DNA from: a virus | Strand: one strand, 5' to 3' | IMG/VR virus record: IMGVR_UViG_3300045988_167502 | Length of the DNA: 47,470 nt | Shown here: positions 1-8,653 of the stretch, in pieces | Layout: every line of letters starts with the position of its first letter | Position numbering within the stretch: the stretch's first letter is position 1 | Made by a program: the position numbers and the translations under genes | The notes under the pieces: generated by a model | What the model saw: the letters and a program-made list of their open reading frames with translations, nothing else | Told to the model about the DNA's origin: nothing | Database searches by the model: none

Positions 1-42
1 TTACGGCTCAGAAGGTTACAGGTTTGAATCCTGTCGAGGTCA
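1..42 (+). tRNA. 3' portion of host tRNA, probably tRNA-Arg(ACG); the 5' half lies upstream of the window
   Basis: 1..7 TTACGGC fits a 7-nt anticodon loop (U33, ACG, G37). 8..12 TCAGA is the anticodon-stem 3' strand and 13..17 AGGTT the variable loop. 18..34 is the T arm ACAGG/TTTGAAT/CCTGT, 35..41 the acceptor 3' strand, and A42 the discriminator. The pattern resembles known bacterial tRNA-Arg(ACG). Confidence 0.65.
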
Positions 43-43
43 C
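1..43 (+). repeat. attL core, 43-bp direct repeat identical to 47428..47470
   Basis: ttacggctcagaaggttacaggtttgaatcctgtcgaggtcac occurs exactly at both window ends. The integrase gene starts 113 bp inside. Confidence 0.9.
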
Positions 44-48
44 TAATA

Positions 49-87
49 GGTAACGCACTTCCACTCAAAGCGTTACCTTTTATTTTT
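49..87 (+). terminator. rho-independent terminator after the tRNA
   Basis: GGTAACGC (49..56) pairs with GCGTTACC (70..77), followed by TTTTATTTTT. Confidence 0.6.
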
Positions 88-120
88 AGTACGGTAATCC
101 CATTTGTAATTATTCAAAAA

Positions 121-132
121 CGACAAGGTAAA
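121..132 (+). repeat. CGACAAGGTAAA, 12-mer shared with the attR arm (47324..47335); candidate integrase arm-type site
   Basis: Exact 12-bp direct repeat present in both att arms. Confidence 0.35.
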
Positions 133-144
133 CGTCAATCTAAA

Positions 145-154
145 ATAATTACAT
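145..154 (+). promoter_or_regulatory. ATAATTACAT motif abutting the int start codon (related to the 27042..27104 sites)
   Basis: Same RTAATTACRT motif as the three copies in the 27.0-kb divergent promoter region. Confidence 0.3.
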
Positions 155-155
155 T

Positions 156-1319
156 ATGGTTACAAAAACAATGGACGGGTGTAGCTACTCCGAACTATGG
201 GTGTCCCCTGCCAACTGGCAAAAAGCTACTAAAAAAGACTTGGATAAAGATTGGTACGTGCAATGCGTTTTCTTTGACCCTCGTTTTGAAAAGAAATACC
301 CTAAGGGCTTCCCCTATCGAAAAAAGGCTAACAGACCTAATACTATAGAGGAACGAAAAGCGATGATTTCTTTTCTTCTTAAAAACATTCCTCATCAACT
401 TAATAATGGATTTAACCCGATATTAAAAAAGTACGTACAAGTTCACAAGGAGGGACTTTATCCTGAATTGCACTTTATTGAGGCTTTTAGGCGTGCATTG
501 GAAATAAAAGTAGGTACTAAAAAGCACCTATACGAAATACAATGCGCTATTAATAGACTTGAAAAGGCGTGTGAAGCCCTCGATTTGCAGACAGTTAAAA
601 TAAAGGACTTGCGCAGGGTAGATTTGAAGCGTATGCTCGACTGGTTGCGATTATCCGACAAATACTATAATAGGTTCGTGATATACTTTTCAAGTCTATA
701 CCGTGAGTTGATAGAGTACGAATGCTGCGAAAGTAATATCACAAGGGATATTTACCCTAAAAAGGTGATTAAAGAAGTCCGTACTATACTTACCGCTGAT
801 GAACTCATAAAAGTAAAAAACCACGTTCGATTTATTAATCCTGATTTTTATAGGTATATGATGATATTCCTATATTCAGGTGCACGTAATACCGAGCTTT
901 TCAGATTACAACGCAAAGATGTAGATTTGGACAAACAGGAGTTTGTAATACTGCTTGAAAAAGGCGGGCAGTACAAACGATGTACAAAGGTGATATTGTC
1001 TCCTGCATTAGAGTTTTGGAAAGAGATATGTAACAAGTGTAAAAGCGATAACGACTATCTTTTTGCACTTGATTTTGTTCCTAACAAGAAAATGGGTCAT
1101 ACCGAGATTGTTACCCGCTTTTGGAAGCGACACGTAAAGGATAAATTAGGCATTGAAGCTGATTTTTACGCCCTCAAACACTATATGCTTGATAACTTGG
1201 ACAGTGATACGGCTATGCTTTTAGCTTCGCACACTAACCAAAACACAACGGCTATATACCAAGTGAACAAAGCTAAAAGGGAGAGAGAGCGGCTGAAGCA
1301 GTTGGATATACAGATATAG
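156..1319 (+). CDS. int: tyrosine recombinase / phage integrase
   Basis: 387-aa ORF next to attL. Carries SGARNTELFRLQRKDVDL (Arg box) and a C-terminal HTNQNTTAIYQV (His...Tyr) motif. Confidence 0.9.
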   Translation: MVTKTMDGCSYSELWVSPANWQKATKKDLDKDWYVQCVFFDPRFEKKYPKGFPYRKKANRPNTIEERKAMISFLLKNIPHQLNNGFNPILKKYVQVHKEGLYPELHFIEAFRRALEIKVGTKKHLYEIQCAINRLEKACEALDLQTVKIKDLRRVDLKRMLDWLRLSDKYYNRFVIYFSSLYRELIEYECCESNITRDIYPKKVIKEVRTILTADELIKVKNHVRFINPDFYRYMMIFLYSGARNTELFRLQRKDVDLDKQEFVILLEKGGQYKRCTKVILSPALEFWKEICNKCKSDNDYLFALDFVPNKKMGHTEIVTRFWKRHVKDKLGIEADFYALKHYMLDNLDSDTAMLLASHTNQNTTAIYQVNKAKRERERLKQLDIQI

Positions 1320-1320
1320 A

Positions 1321-1344
1321 AAAAGCCCCAATTAAGGGGCTTTT
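1321..1344 (+). terminator. hairpin AAAAGCCCC-AATTAA-GGGGCTTTT
   Basis: 9-bp stem directly after the int stop. The same hairpin recurs at 13824..13851 and, inverted, at 25011..25033. Confidence 0.7.
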
Positions 1345-1401
1345 GTAGTATTTTTAGCAAGTATTTTTTACTTAGTATTTTGCCAAGTAAAAATATTTTT
1401 A

Positions 1402-1409
1402 TACTTTTG
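1402..1409 (+). promoter_or_regulatory. -7 box TACTTTTG (TAnnTTTG)
   Basis: Matches the Bacteroidota sigma-A -7 consensus, 27 nt upstream of the ATG at 1436. Confidence 0.55.
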
Positions 1410-1435
1410 CGCTATCAAATGAATGAATTATAACT

Positions 1436-1627
1436 ATGGATAAAAGGAGAAAAACAGCTGATAATGAGTTAAAAAACACTCAAAAAGACCATAAAACATC
1501 AGAAGGTACTACAAATGTAATGAAAGTATCTGTTACTTACAATGGTCAAGTATTCTCTAACCAAATCTCAATGGATAGTATAAAACAAGCGTATAGGAAA
1601 GCGTACGAAAAAGCTTATTCATTATGA
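1436..1627 (+). CDS. hypothetical small protein (63 aa; internal start possible)
   Basis: First ORF after the promoter. Its stop overlaps the next start (ATGA at 1624). Confidence 0.4.
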   Translation: MDKRRKTADNELKNTQKDHKTSEGTTNVMKVSVTYNGQVFSNQISMDSIKQAYRKAYEKAYSL

Positions 1628-2154
1628 GTAGAAAGTATAATTTTATATACTCTAAATTAGTAGAAGATAATGATGACGTTGTAGGGCATATAGCATATTC
1701 CCTGTATAAGAATGAAAAAATAGAGTTTATAGAAACTTTTAAAGAAAAACACGGAACCGAACCTACAGAATTAGATTTAGAACCTTTTCATATATCATCT
1801 TGTACTAATGGAAGTTTGGAGCGTTTTAAACGAATGGCTATTGTGATATTACAAGAGTTCACAAATGAATTGCTTGGAAGAACTATAAAAGATATAGAGC
1901 ATAATGTAATATCAAATCATAAGAAATACCTAAGAGAAACTGTAGATGAAATTAAACCTCCAAGCATAGGAATGTCTTATCTACACGGCATTTTACAAAG
2001 TGTTTTAGGTGCTTTTCTTTTTTTGTTACTTATGGCAGGAATTATATTTGCTTTTAATCTAAACAAAAAAGGAACTACTATATCTATTAATGATAGTAGT
2101 ATGAATGTAGAACAAACTACCATTAAGGATAGTATAAATGGCAATAAGAAATGA
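1624..2154 (+). CDS. hypothetical protein with C-terminal transmembrane anchor
   Basis: 176 aa with the hydrophobic stretch GILQSVLGAFLFLLLMAGIIFAF. ATGA overlaps on both sides. Confidence 0.55.
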   Translation: MSRKYNFIYSKLVEDNDDVVGHIAYSLYKNEKIEFIETFKEKHGTEPTELDLEPFHISSCTNGSLERFKRMAIVILQEFTNELLGRTIKDIEHNVISNHKKYLRETVDEIKPPSIGMSYLHGILQSVLGAFLFLLLMAGIIFAFNLNKKGTTISINDSSMNVEQTTIKDSINGNKK

Positions 2155-2618
2155 AAAAAATAGTATTATTACTGATTGCCCTGCTCGCTGTGGGGTGCTC
2201 GAAAAGTGAGGAGAAACAAGAAGATTTTAGCCAATATAAACTGAATGTACCTGAGTGGTTAGTTGGTAGGTGGGAATATAAAGAATATCTTATTGACTAT
2301 TCTTTTGAATTTACAAAAGATGATTATAGAGTATTTAAAAATAGTTATTTTGAGGCTCGACAATCGCGATTAGTTGAACAAAAAGAATACTCTTTTAAAT
2401 TTAAAGAAGATAATGTGCATACGTATTATTTTATAGAGTTTTTACCTAATAATGGTGAATATTACAAACATTATTACGAGTGGACAGAATGGAGCGCCCC
2501 CAGTTCATTTTTTGAGAACAAACAATCTTTTAAAATCGTTTATACACAAGTAGACAAGTATGGTTCAGACATAAAAGTTATATCAGAAAGGAAAAATTGG
2601 TATAAGAAAGTAAAATAA
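2151..2618 (+). CDS. putative lipoprotein
   Basis: Signal peptide MKKIVLLLIALLAVGC with a lipobox Cys. Translationally coupled to the upstream ORF. Confidence 0.6.
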   Translation: MKKIVLLLIALLAVGCSKSEEKQEDFSQYKLNVPEWLVGRWEYKEYLIDYSFEFTKDDYRVFKNSYFEARQSRLVEQKEYSFKFKEDNVHTYYFIEFLPNNGEYYKHYYEWTEWSAPSSFFENKQSFKIVYTQVDKYGSDIKVISERKNWYKKVK

Positions 2619-2641
2619 AAGCCCTCTCAACGAGGGCTTTT
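2617..2641. terminator. bidirectional terminator AAAAGCCCTC-TCAAC-GAGGGCTTTT
   Basis: 10-bp stem flanked by an A-run and a T-run, between convergent genes. Confidence 0.7.
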
Positions 2642-2642
2642 A

Positions 2643-5600
2643 TTATGTGCGTATTTTTATACCTTTGGTAGTGAGTTCATCTATCCCTCTTTTTACCCCT
2701 GCAAGGTCAGACTCCATTTTATGAAGTTTATAAGTATTTAACTCAATACCAGAAAGGTGTTTGAGTTGTTGAGCCGAGAATGTTTGTAAAAACTTGTGCA
2801 TTTCAGTAAACTCCTTGACGGTTTGTAACATCGCATTTTTACTTTCCGCACCTATTTGTGTGAGTAGCCTAAATTGTCCGTTCAATTCGTCTGCACTGTC
2901 TTGGCTCATTCGTGCAAATCCTTTTTCTACTGCGTTCCTACCATTTTTATCATCAAACATTTTAATACCTGATTGTTCCAAAGCGTCAAACATAGCTTTT
3001 GCCTTTTGTTCTCCTTTTTGAATTTCGGGTTTTATAATGTTATTTACAAATTCAACAGTTTTGTTTTTTACCTTTTCATACACTTGCTCATTGCTAAGTC
3101 CTATTGATGATGCGTATATGTTATCCACATCATTTTGGAACTTAGAAAAAATTTCTTTTATTTTCTCGGTAACTAACGTTTGTTTGATTACGTTTTTCAT
3201 TACACGGGCAACAGTTTGACCAAAATTTTCAAACGCATTATTTCCTTTTTCTACAGCTGAAAGAATGCTATCAGCAAAACCAGTCCCTAATTCACCAAAC
3301 GTTTGACTTGTATATTCAGAGATTGTTTTTTTGTATTCTTTTAATTGATTATACAAATCTTTCGCTTTTTGTATTTGTTCTCCTGCGTAGTCGATATTAT
3401 CACGTCCAAAAGACATTAAATTAGCATCTGCCTTACTAATTTTTTCTAAGAAATCATAATCAATGTTACCTAATTCATCAACGAAAGGTTTAATTTTGTC
3501 CTTAAACGCTTTTGTCATTTCTACTTTTTCTTCACCCCAAAAAGGAATACCCAAAGGACCCTTTTGCCAAACCCACCGTGTTCTATAACCGTCAAATACT
3601 TGTGTATTTTGTACATCTATAAGGTCGTTACGAAGTTTTTTTACTTTATCATTGTAGTTTTTAATAATGTCAAGTTGTTTCCCAATTTGATTAGTAGTCA
3701 AAGAATTAGAATGTTTTTCCCCTTTCAATATACGTTCATCATAAAGTTCATTTATTCTCTTTTCGTTCTGATATTGTTCTTGTTTCCACATTCTCTCCTT
3801 TTGACGGGCTCTTTCTTTATCACTCTCTATTTTCTGAACAAAACCATATACTGCTCCTATAATACCTCCAATTGCACCTCCTATGGGGCCGGCTGAACTT
3901 CCTATTTGGGCAAAAGAAATAGCCTTATTGACTATTTCTCCCATTTCTTTTATCCCTTTACCGAATTCTCTTAGTGAAGCGTTTCCTGTACTTTGTCCCA
4001 ATCGCTCAAATTCGTCCCCTAATTGAGAGAATTGTCCTGTGATTGATTGTGCCGACGACAACATACCGTTGAACGCTTCCTGCCATTCAGCGGTATTGGG
4101 TTTGGCTTTGAATAGATTTTTGATGTTTGTACCGAGTTTGCCAAAAACGGTATCGCTACGCTCGGCTGTCTCTCTTGTTTGTTCAAGTTGCTGGCGTAGG
4201 CTTTGGATATATTCTACATTGTCCTTATCGCCCATATCAAGGTTGCTCGCCAACCGGTCTATTTCAGCTTCTGCCTCTGCTATGGTTTGGCGTATTTCCT
4301 TGATGGTCTTTTTGCGCATATTCTCAAAGAGTTTAGCAATGGCTGTACCCTCTTTTTTGTAGAGTATATCCAACTTTTTGAGTTCTCGTGCTTTTTCATC
4401 TTGTGCTTTTTTGACTTGTGGAGCGTCTGCGCCTAATTTAGCTTGCAAAGCGGTAATATCGGCATTGTATTTCTCCTCAATAGCTTTACGTTGGTCGGTG
4501 TAGGTTTGGTACTTTTCTAATAAGTCCTTATACACTTGTTCTTGCTGTATACGTTGGTACTCGACATTGTCGGATAAAAGTGTCTTTTCATTTTCAGCAA
4601 GACGTGCTTTTTCGGCATTAATAGCTTCAGTATTGGTATCAAAGGCTTGTCCCTTTTTCCATTTGCCTTGTGCTTCTGCTTTTTGTTTTTCGGTTTCGAT
4701 GAATGCGTTTAGCTGGTCTTCTGAACGTCTTCTGATTTCCTCTTCTTGCTTGTCGTATTCTAATTGAATGATAGCAAGGCGTTTGTCTGCTCCGTCTTGC
4801 ATTATCTTAATGCGCGCTTCTTCTTGCGCAAAAAGGTCGTCTTGAACTTGGCGGTTGTGGTCTCTTTGGGCTTTATCAGTGTCGAACTCTGGGAGGGTGC
4901 TTTTAGTAGTTATTCTTTTCGTATTGCTTTTAGCTGATAAATCATCTCCTGTACCCTTTTTGTACTCTTCAAGAAGTGTTTTTAATTTAGCCCTTTTTTC
5001 GTCTAATTTATTTAATTCCTCAGTACTTATATTCGTGCCTCTTTTATTTCTTGCCTCTGCTTCATTTATCTGTTTTTGTAGAGCCAAAATCTCATTCTTC
5101 TTTGCAACAAAATCAGTAGTTTGGATTTTAGCTTGTTCAATCATTTTTATATGTTCTTTGTATGCCTGATTGAAACGTCCCAACTCGTTAAAGTTGTATT
5201 TAAGAAAAGGATTTTGAATATCGTCTGTTATTTTGAAATTACTACCTACTGATGGTGATTTTTTACTATTATATGCGTCATTGATTTGCTTTCTTATCTT
5301 GTCTAACTCTGCTTTGCTTTTGCCATTGAGAGAGTTTGCAAATTGACTCACATCAATACCTACTACCACATTTTGTTGTTTTTGGAGTACTAACTTATCT
5401 CTTTCAATTTCTTTTTTTAGACGGTCGATTTCTCTTTGAGTACTCATAGCAATTCGACTGTCAGACGCTTGCATTTTTACCAACTTTTCTATTTGGGACT
5501 CTTTGGCTTTGATAGCTTCTTGAGTTTTTCCTATTGCGTCACGAGACATATTTTCATTCATTGTCTCATAACGTCCGTTTAATTCTTTAAGTACTTGAGA

Positions 5601-6914
5601 CATTTCTCTCAATACTTGATTAAGAGATGTGTATTTATCAAGCACGCCACCTGTGCTACTTTTTAACGCTAAAAAAGCCTTATTCCTTTCGTCCCACGAT
5701 TTAGTTTCGTCTTGAATAGTAGATATTAGTCCACTAATTCTGTTTTTTTCGTCATCGATAAGGTTGGCTTGTTCCTTGCGTAATTGATTGTGTCTTTCAG
5801 TTGCTTCGGCATTAGCGTCGGTACTATCTTTGAGTGACCATAATGCAACAGCCAACCCTACCAATGCAGCTGCTGCAAGAGCATAAGGATTAGCAAGCAT
5901 TGTAAGATTAAGGAGTTTTTGTGCTTTTTCAACAAGCACCAACCACGTATAATGAGCCATTTCGGCAACAGTCATTCCTGCTGTACGTGTGGCTACTACT
6001 TGCTGTACAGCGGCTGTGGCAATGAGTGCCGCTCTATATGTACCATAAGAAGCTATAAGCCCAGCTATGAGTTTTCCAATGGTTTGATAGTTTTCGACTA
6101 AAAAAGCTACACCTTCAATTGCTCCTGACACAATACCCTCACTTGATTTTCCTATCTCATTAAGCATTTGGTCGAAATTATCACGCAAATTGGATATTTG
6201 ACCGCCTAATGATTTGCTTTGCTCTGCCATTAGGTTATAGAATAGACCGCCCTCATTGGTCATATTCTTGATAACGGCTTGTATTTCGGTAAATCCTATT
6301 TTGCCCGCAGAAACCATTTCTTTGATTTCAGTTTCGCTCTTGCCTACGACCTTGCTCAATTCGGCTATGATAGGAATACCAGCATTCATAAACTGATACA
6401 AGTCATTAGTGAGTAAACGCCCTTGTGCCTTCACCTGCCCGTATACGTGAATAAGTTGCCCCATAGGTACTCCAAGCCCTGAGGCTACATCTCCCATACG
6501 CCTAAGCGTTTCGGTTACTTCTTCAGCGGGTACTTGAAAAGCTAACAAACGTTTTGCACCCTCTGATACTTCTTGTAATCCGAAAGGGGTTTTAGCAGCA
6601 AGCTCTGTCATTTGTGACATTAGCGCATTAGCCTTTTCCTTGCTTTTGAGCATTGTGCCAAAAGATATTTCAAGTTGCTGGAATTGGGAGCGTACCTCGA
6701 TTACTTGATTGACAAAAGCCTTTGCTTGTGAAAAAGTAAAAAACGCTAATGCCCCCTTAGCGAGGGTATCAATAGACTGTTGTAGTTTATTGGTTTCTCG
6801 CTGTGAGCTTTGCATAGACTCATTGAAAAGTCGTTGCATTTTATTTAAATCACGTTCTAAATTATCAAGTCGCAAACGTGCCTCAAAATCCATAGTTCCA
6901 TTGCCGGTGTTCAT
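2643..6914 (-). CDS. tail tape measure protein
   Basis: 1423 aa and coiled-coil rich. The N-terminal region (FGTMLKSKEKANALMSQMTELAAKTPFGLQEV...GIPIIAELSK) resembles the TP901-family tape-measure core. Confidence 0.85.
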   Translation of the reverse strand: MNTGNGTMDFEARLRLDNLERDLNKMQRLFNESMQSSQRETNKLQQSIDTLAKGALAFFTFSQAKAFVNQVIEVRSQFQQLEISFGTMLKSKEKANALMSQMTELAAKTPFGLQEVSEGAKRLLAFQVPAEEVTETLRRMGDVASGLGVPMGQLIHVYGQVKAQGRLLTNDLYQFMNAGIPIIAELSKVVGKSETEIKEMVSAGKIGFTEIQAVIKNMTNEGGLFYNLMAEQSKSLGGQISNLRDNFDQMLNEIGKSSEGIVSGAIEGVAFLVENYQTIGKLIAGLIASYGTYRAALIATAAVQQVVATRTAGMTVAEMAHYTWLVLVEKAQKLLNLTMLANPYALAAAALVGLAVALWSLKDSTDANAEATERHNQLRKEQANLIDDEKNRISGLISTIQDETKSWDERNKAFLALKSSTGGVLDKYTSLNQVLREMSQVLKELNGRYETMNENMSRDAIGKTQEAIKAKESQIEKLVKMQASDSRIAMSTQREIDRLKKEIERDKLVLQKQQNVVVGIDVSQFANSLNGKSKAELDKIRKQINDAYNSKKSPSVGSNFKITDDIQNPFLKYNFNELGRFNQAYKEHIKMIEQAKIQTTDFVAKKNEILALQKQINEAEARNKRGTNISTEELNKLDEKRAKLKTLLEEYKKGTGDDLSAKSNTKRITTKSTLPEFDTDKAQRDHNRQVQDDLFAQEEARIKIMQDGADKRLAIIQLEYDKQEEEIRRRSEDQLNAFIETEKQKAEAQGKWKKGQAFDTNTEAINAEKARLAENEKTLLSDNVEYQRIQQEQVYKDLLEKYQTYTDQRKAIEEKYNADITALQAKLGADAPQVKKAQDEKARELKKLDILYKKEGTAIAKLFENMRKKTIKEIRQTIAEAEAEIDRLASNLDMGDKDNVEYIQSLRQQLEQTRETAERSDTVFGKLGTNIKNLFKAKPNTAEWQEAFNGMLSSAQSITGQFSQLGDEFERLGQSTGNASLREFGKGIKEMGEIVNKAISFAQIGSSAGPIGGAIGGIIGAVYGFVQKIESDKERARQKERMWKQEQYQNEKRINELYDERILKGEKHSNSLTTNQIGKQLDIIKNYNDKVKKLRNDLIDVQNTQVFDGYRTRWVWQKGPLGIPFWGEEKVEMTKAFKDKIKPFVDELGNIDYDFLEKISKADANLMSFGRDNIDYAGEQIQKAKDLYNQLKEYKKTISEYTSQTFGELGTGFADSILSAVEKGNNAFENFGQTVARVMKNVIKQTLVTEKIKEIFSKFQNDVDNIYASSIGLSNEQVYEKVKNKTVEFVNNIIKPEIQKGEQKAKAMFDALEQSGIKMFDDKNGRNAVEKGFARMSQDSADELNGQFRLLTQIGAESKNAMLQTVKEFTEMHKFLQTFSAQQLKHLSGIELNTYKLHKMESDLAGVKRGIDELTTKGIKIRT

Positions 6915-6937
6915 TGTTATAGTGTATTAAGGTTGTA

Positions 6938-6966
6938 GTAAAAACGCCCCTATAAAGAGGCGTTTC
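6938..6966 (-). terminator. weak terminator hairpin after the lysis cassette
   Basis: AAACGCC (6942..6948) pairs with GGCGTTT (6959..6965), with a short U-run on the minus strand. Confidence 0.35.
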
Positions 6967-6985
6967 TCGTGCAATTAAGAAAAAA

Positions 6986-7555
6986 TCACTTCAAAAAGCG
7001 TTTTAATTTGTCCCGTATAAAGTAAAAGACTACCAATAGTGCTATGATAATAGCAATAAGGTATAAATAGGAACTTTTTACATCTTTTGTTTTATGAGAA
7101 AAAGCCGTTGTGCTTTCTGTGGTTCGTAATTCATTATTAGTTGTGCTTATAGTATTTGTAAGGGTAGTATTCGCCACTATTTGGCTATTGGATAGGGCTC
7201 TCTTAGTCGTAATCTTCACCTTTCCACCTCTTACCCTTATAGTTTCATTATTGCCGTCACGAATTCGAGTATATGTAAGCTCCTTGCTGTTACCAAGACT
7301 ATCCTTGTCACTCTCTACTGTTACCTCGTACTCTTGTGAGGCGTGTGTATCGAGTTGCAAGGTTTGTTCGTTTTGCTGAAAAAGTGCCGTACTATCCTTG
7401 TACTTTATAATACGCTCTTTTTGTACCTGCTTTTGCTCGGTAGTGGCTACCTTACGAGTTCTGCAACCTAATAGACCAAGCAAAACAAGCACCAATCCGA
7501 TAACTCCGAAAGCTCTCAGTATTCTTATGTAATTATGCTTTCTCATAACTTTCAA
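6986..7555 (-). CDS. putative unimolecular spanin (lipoprotein signal plus C-terminal TM)
   Basis: N-terminal signal with lipobox LLGC and a C-terminal helix YLYLIAIIIALLVVFYFI. Overlaps the endolysin gene's 3' end. Confidence 0.45.
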   Translation of the reverse strand: MKVMRKHNYIRILRAFGVIGLVLVLLGLLGCRTRKVATTEQKQVQKERIIKYKDSTALFQQNEQTLQLDTHASQEYEVTVESDKDSLGNSKELTYTRIRDGNNETIRVRGGKVKITTKRALSNSQIVANTTLTNTISTTNNELRTTESTTAFSHKTKDVKSSYLYLIAIIIALLVVFYFIRDKLKRFLK

Positions 7556-8042
7556 TCGTTTTAATCACTTTCTTCAAACTATCAGCATAGTTGGTAGCGG
7601 TTGCATAGCCCGCTTTTGCCACCTCCTCAGCAAACTTGTAAGGGTCGCTTCTTACTAACAACGCCTTAGCATATCGTTTGTTTTTGAAAAAGAATTGCGC
7701 GTGGTCTGTAAAACATTCTTCGGGCGTGTCGTACTTTCTGAACCAGTCTTTGACTTCATACTTGTACTTACCATTAAGTAACTGATATATAGACATCACT
7801 TTCGGGAACTTATATCCTAAGTTTGGTGCATCAAGCACCTCAGTAGTGTTTAACAATTGTTTTTTGTTAGCAGGCGTGTCCTTGCCTGCTTTTACACCAA
7901 AAAACATATTGCCCGGCGCACTATTCCCCCAACCGCTCTCTAACGCCGCTTGCGCCAAAATAAAGAGATGAGAAATACCTGTTTTACGCTCTGTTTCAAG
8001 CGCAAATGGCTTGTATTGCTTTATAAATTCCTTCGGTGTCAT
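7533..8042 (-). CDS. endolysin, GH73 N-acetylglucosaminidase-like
   Basis: Motif ILAQAALESGWG...NMFFGVK is typical of the glucosaminidase family. Confidence 0.75.
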   Translation of the reverse strand: MTPKEFIKQYKPFALETERKTGISHLFILAQAALESGWGNSAPGNMFFGVKAGKDTPANKKQLLNTTEVLDAPNLGYKFPKVMSIYQLLNGKYKYEVKDWFRKYDTPEECFTDHAQFFFKNKRYAKALLVRSDPYKFAEEVAKAGYATATNYADSLKKVIKTIESYEKA

Positions 8043-8650
8043 TGTTGTTCGTCTGTTTTATCGTTGTCTAATTCGTTAGGAATAATACCGCTATTTACCT
8101 TCTCGTAAAACTCCCTCAACTTTCCGCTCTTTTCATAATTGTACAGGGTTCTCATAAAGAACTCTGGGGGAAACTTACCTTTTGAAAGCACGAAAACATT
8201 CTTTACAATATCCTTAACAGGGTATAATAAAGATATCATCTGTATAGTAATTTCAAATGCGTTGCCCCACCCAGACCTGCTCAATGGTATATTTAAAAGA
8301 GATAAAGATATAAAGGCTATTGTGATAAGTAACATCTTAGTAATTGTCCCTTTAAAAAGGTCTACAAAATCAAAATCTCCCTTCTTAAAGTGATACCAAG
8401 CACCAGCTAACATATCGAGGAGTAACAAAACCCCTATGCTCGCATAAAATATAGCATTTTGTTCTCTATCAGTCGAAAAATAAGCATACAACAACAGCAA
8501 CGGAATGCTCTTAAAGAAAGCAACAAAAAAATAGTACACCCTATCTCTTAGATGTATCTTATCATCAAAGTAGAAGAGCAAGACCAACGGCGTTGCCCAT
8601 ATTGCTATCTTTATTTTGGCTTTGAGCAGCCATTTTAGTAGTTTATTCAT
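8039..8650 (-). CDS. multi-pass membrane protein, putative holin
   Basis: 203 aa with 4-5 hydrophobic helices and a charged C-terminus, immediately upstream of the endolysin. Confidence 0.45.
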   Translation of the reverse strand: MNKLLKWLLKAKIKIAIWATPLVLLFYFDDKIHLRDRVYYFFVAFFKSIPLLLLYAYFSTDREQNAIFYASIGVLLLLDMLAGAWYHFKKGDFDFVDLFKGTITKMLLITIAFISLSLLNIPLSRSGWGNAFEITIQMISLLYPVKDIVKNVFVLSKGKFPPEFFMRTLYNYEKSGKLREFYEKVNSGIIPNELDNDKTDEQQ

Positions 8651-8653
8651 TTA

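Noticed and set aside
1-43. tmRNA (ssrA) as the integration target.
   Set aside because: Positions 1..17 fit an anticodon loop, anticodon-stem 3' strand and 5-nt variable loop at canonical tRNA spacing from the T arm. tmRNA has no such arm there.
2794-6930. Many plus-strand ORFs of 60-110 aa antisense to the tape measure gene.
   Set aside because: These are shadow ORFs inside a long, well-supported minus-strand gene. The products are low-complexity and S/F/L/C-rich, with no promoters or recognisable motifs.
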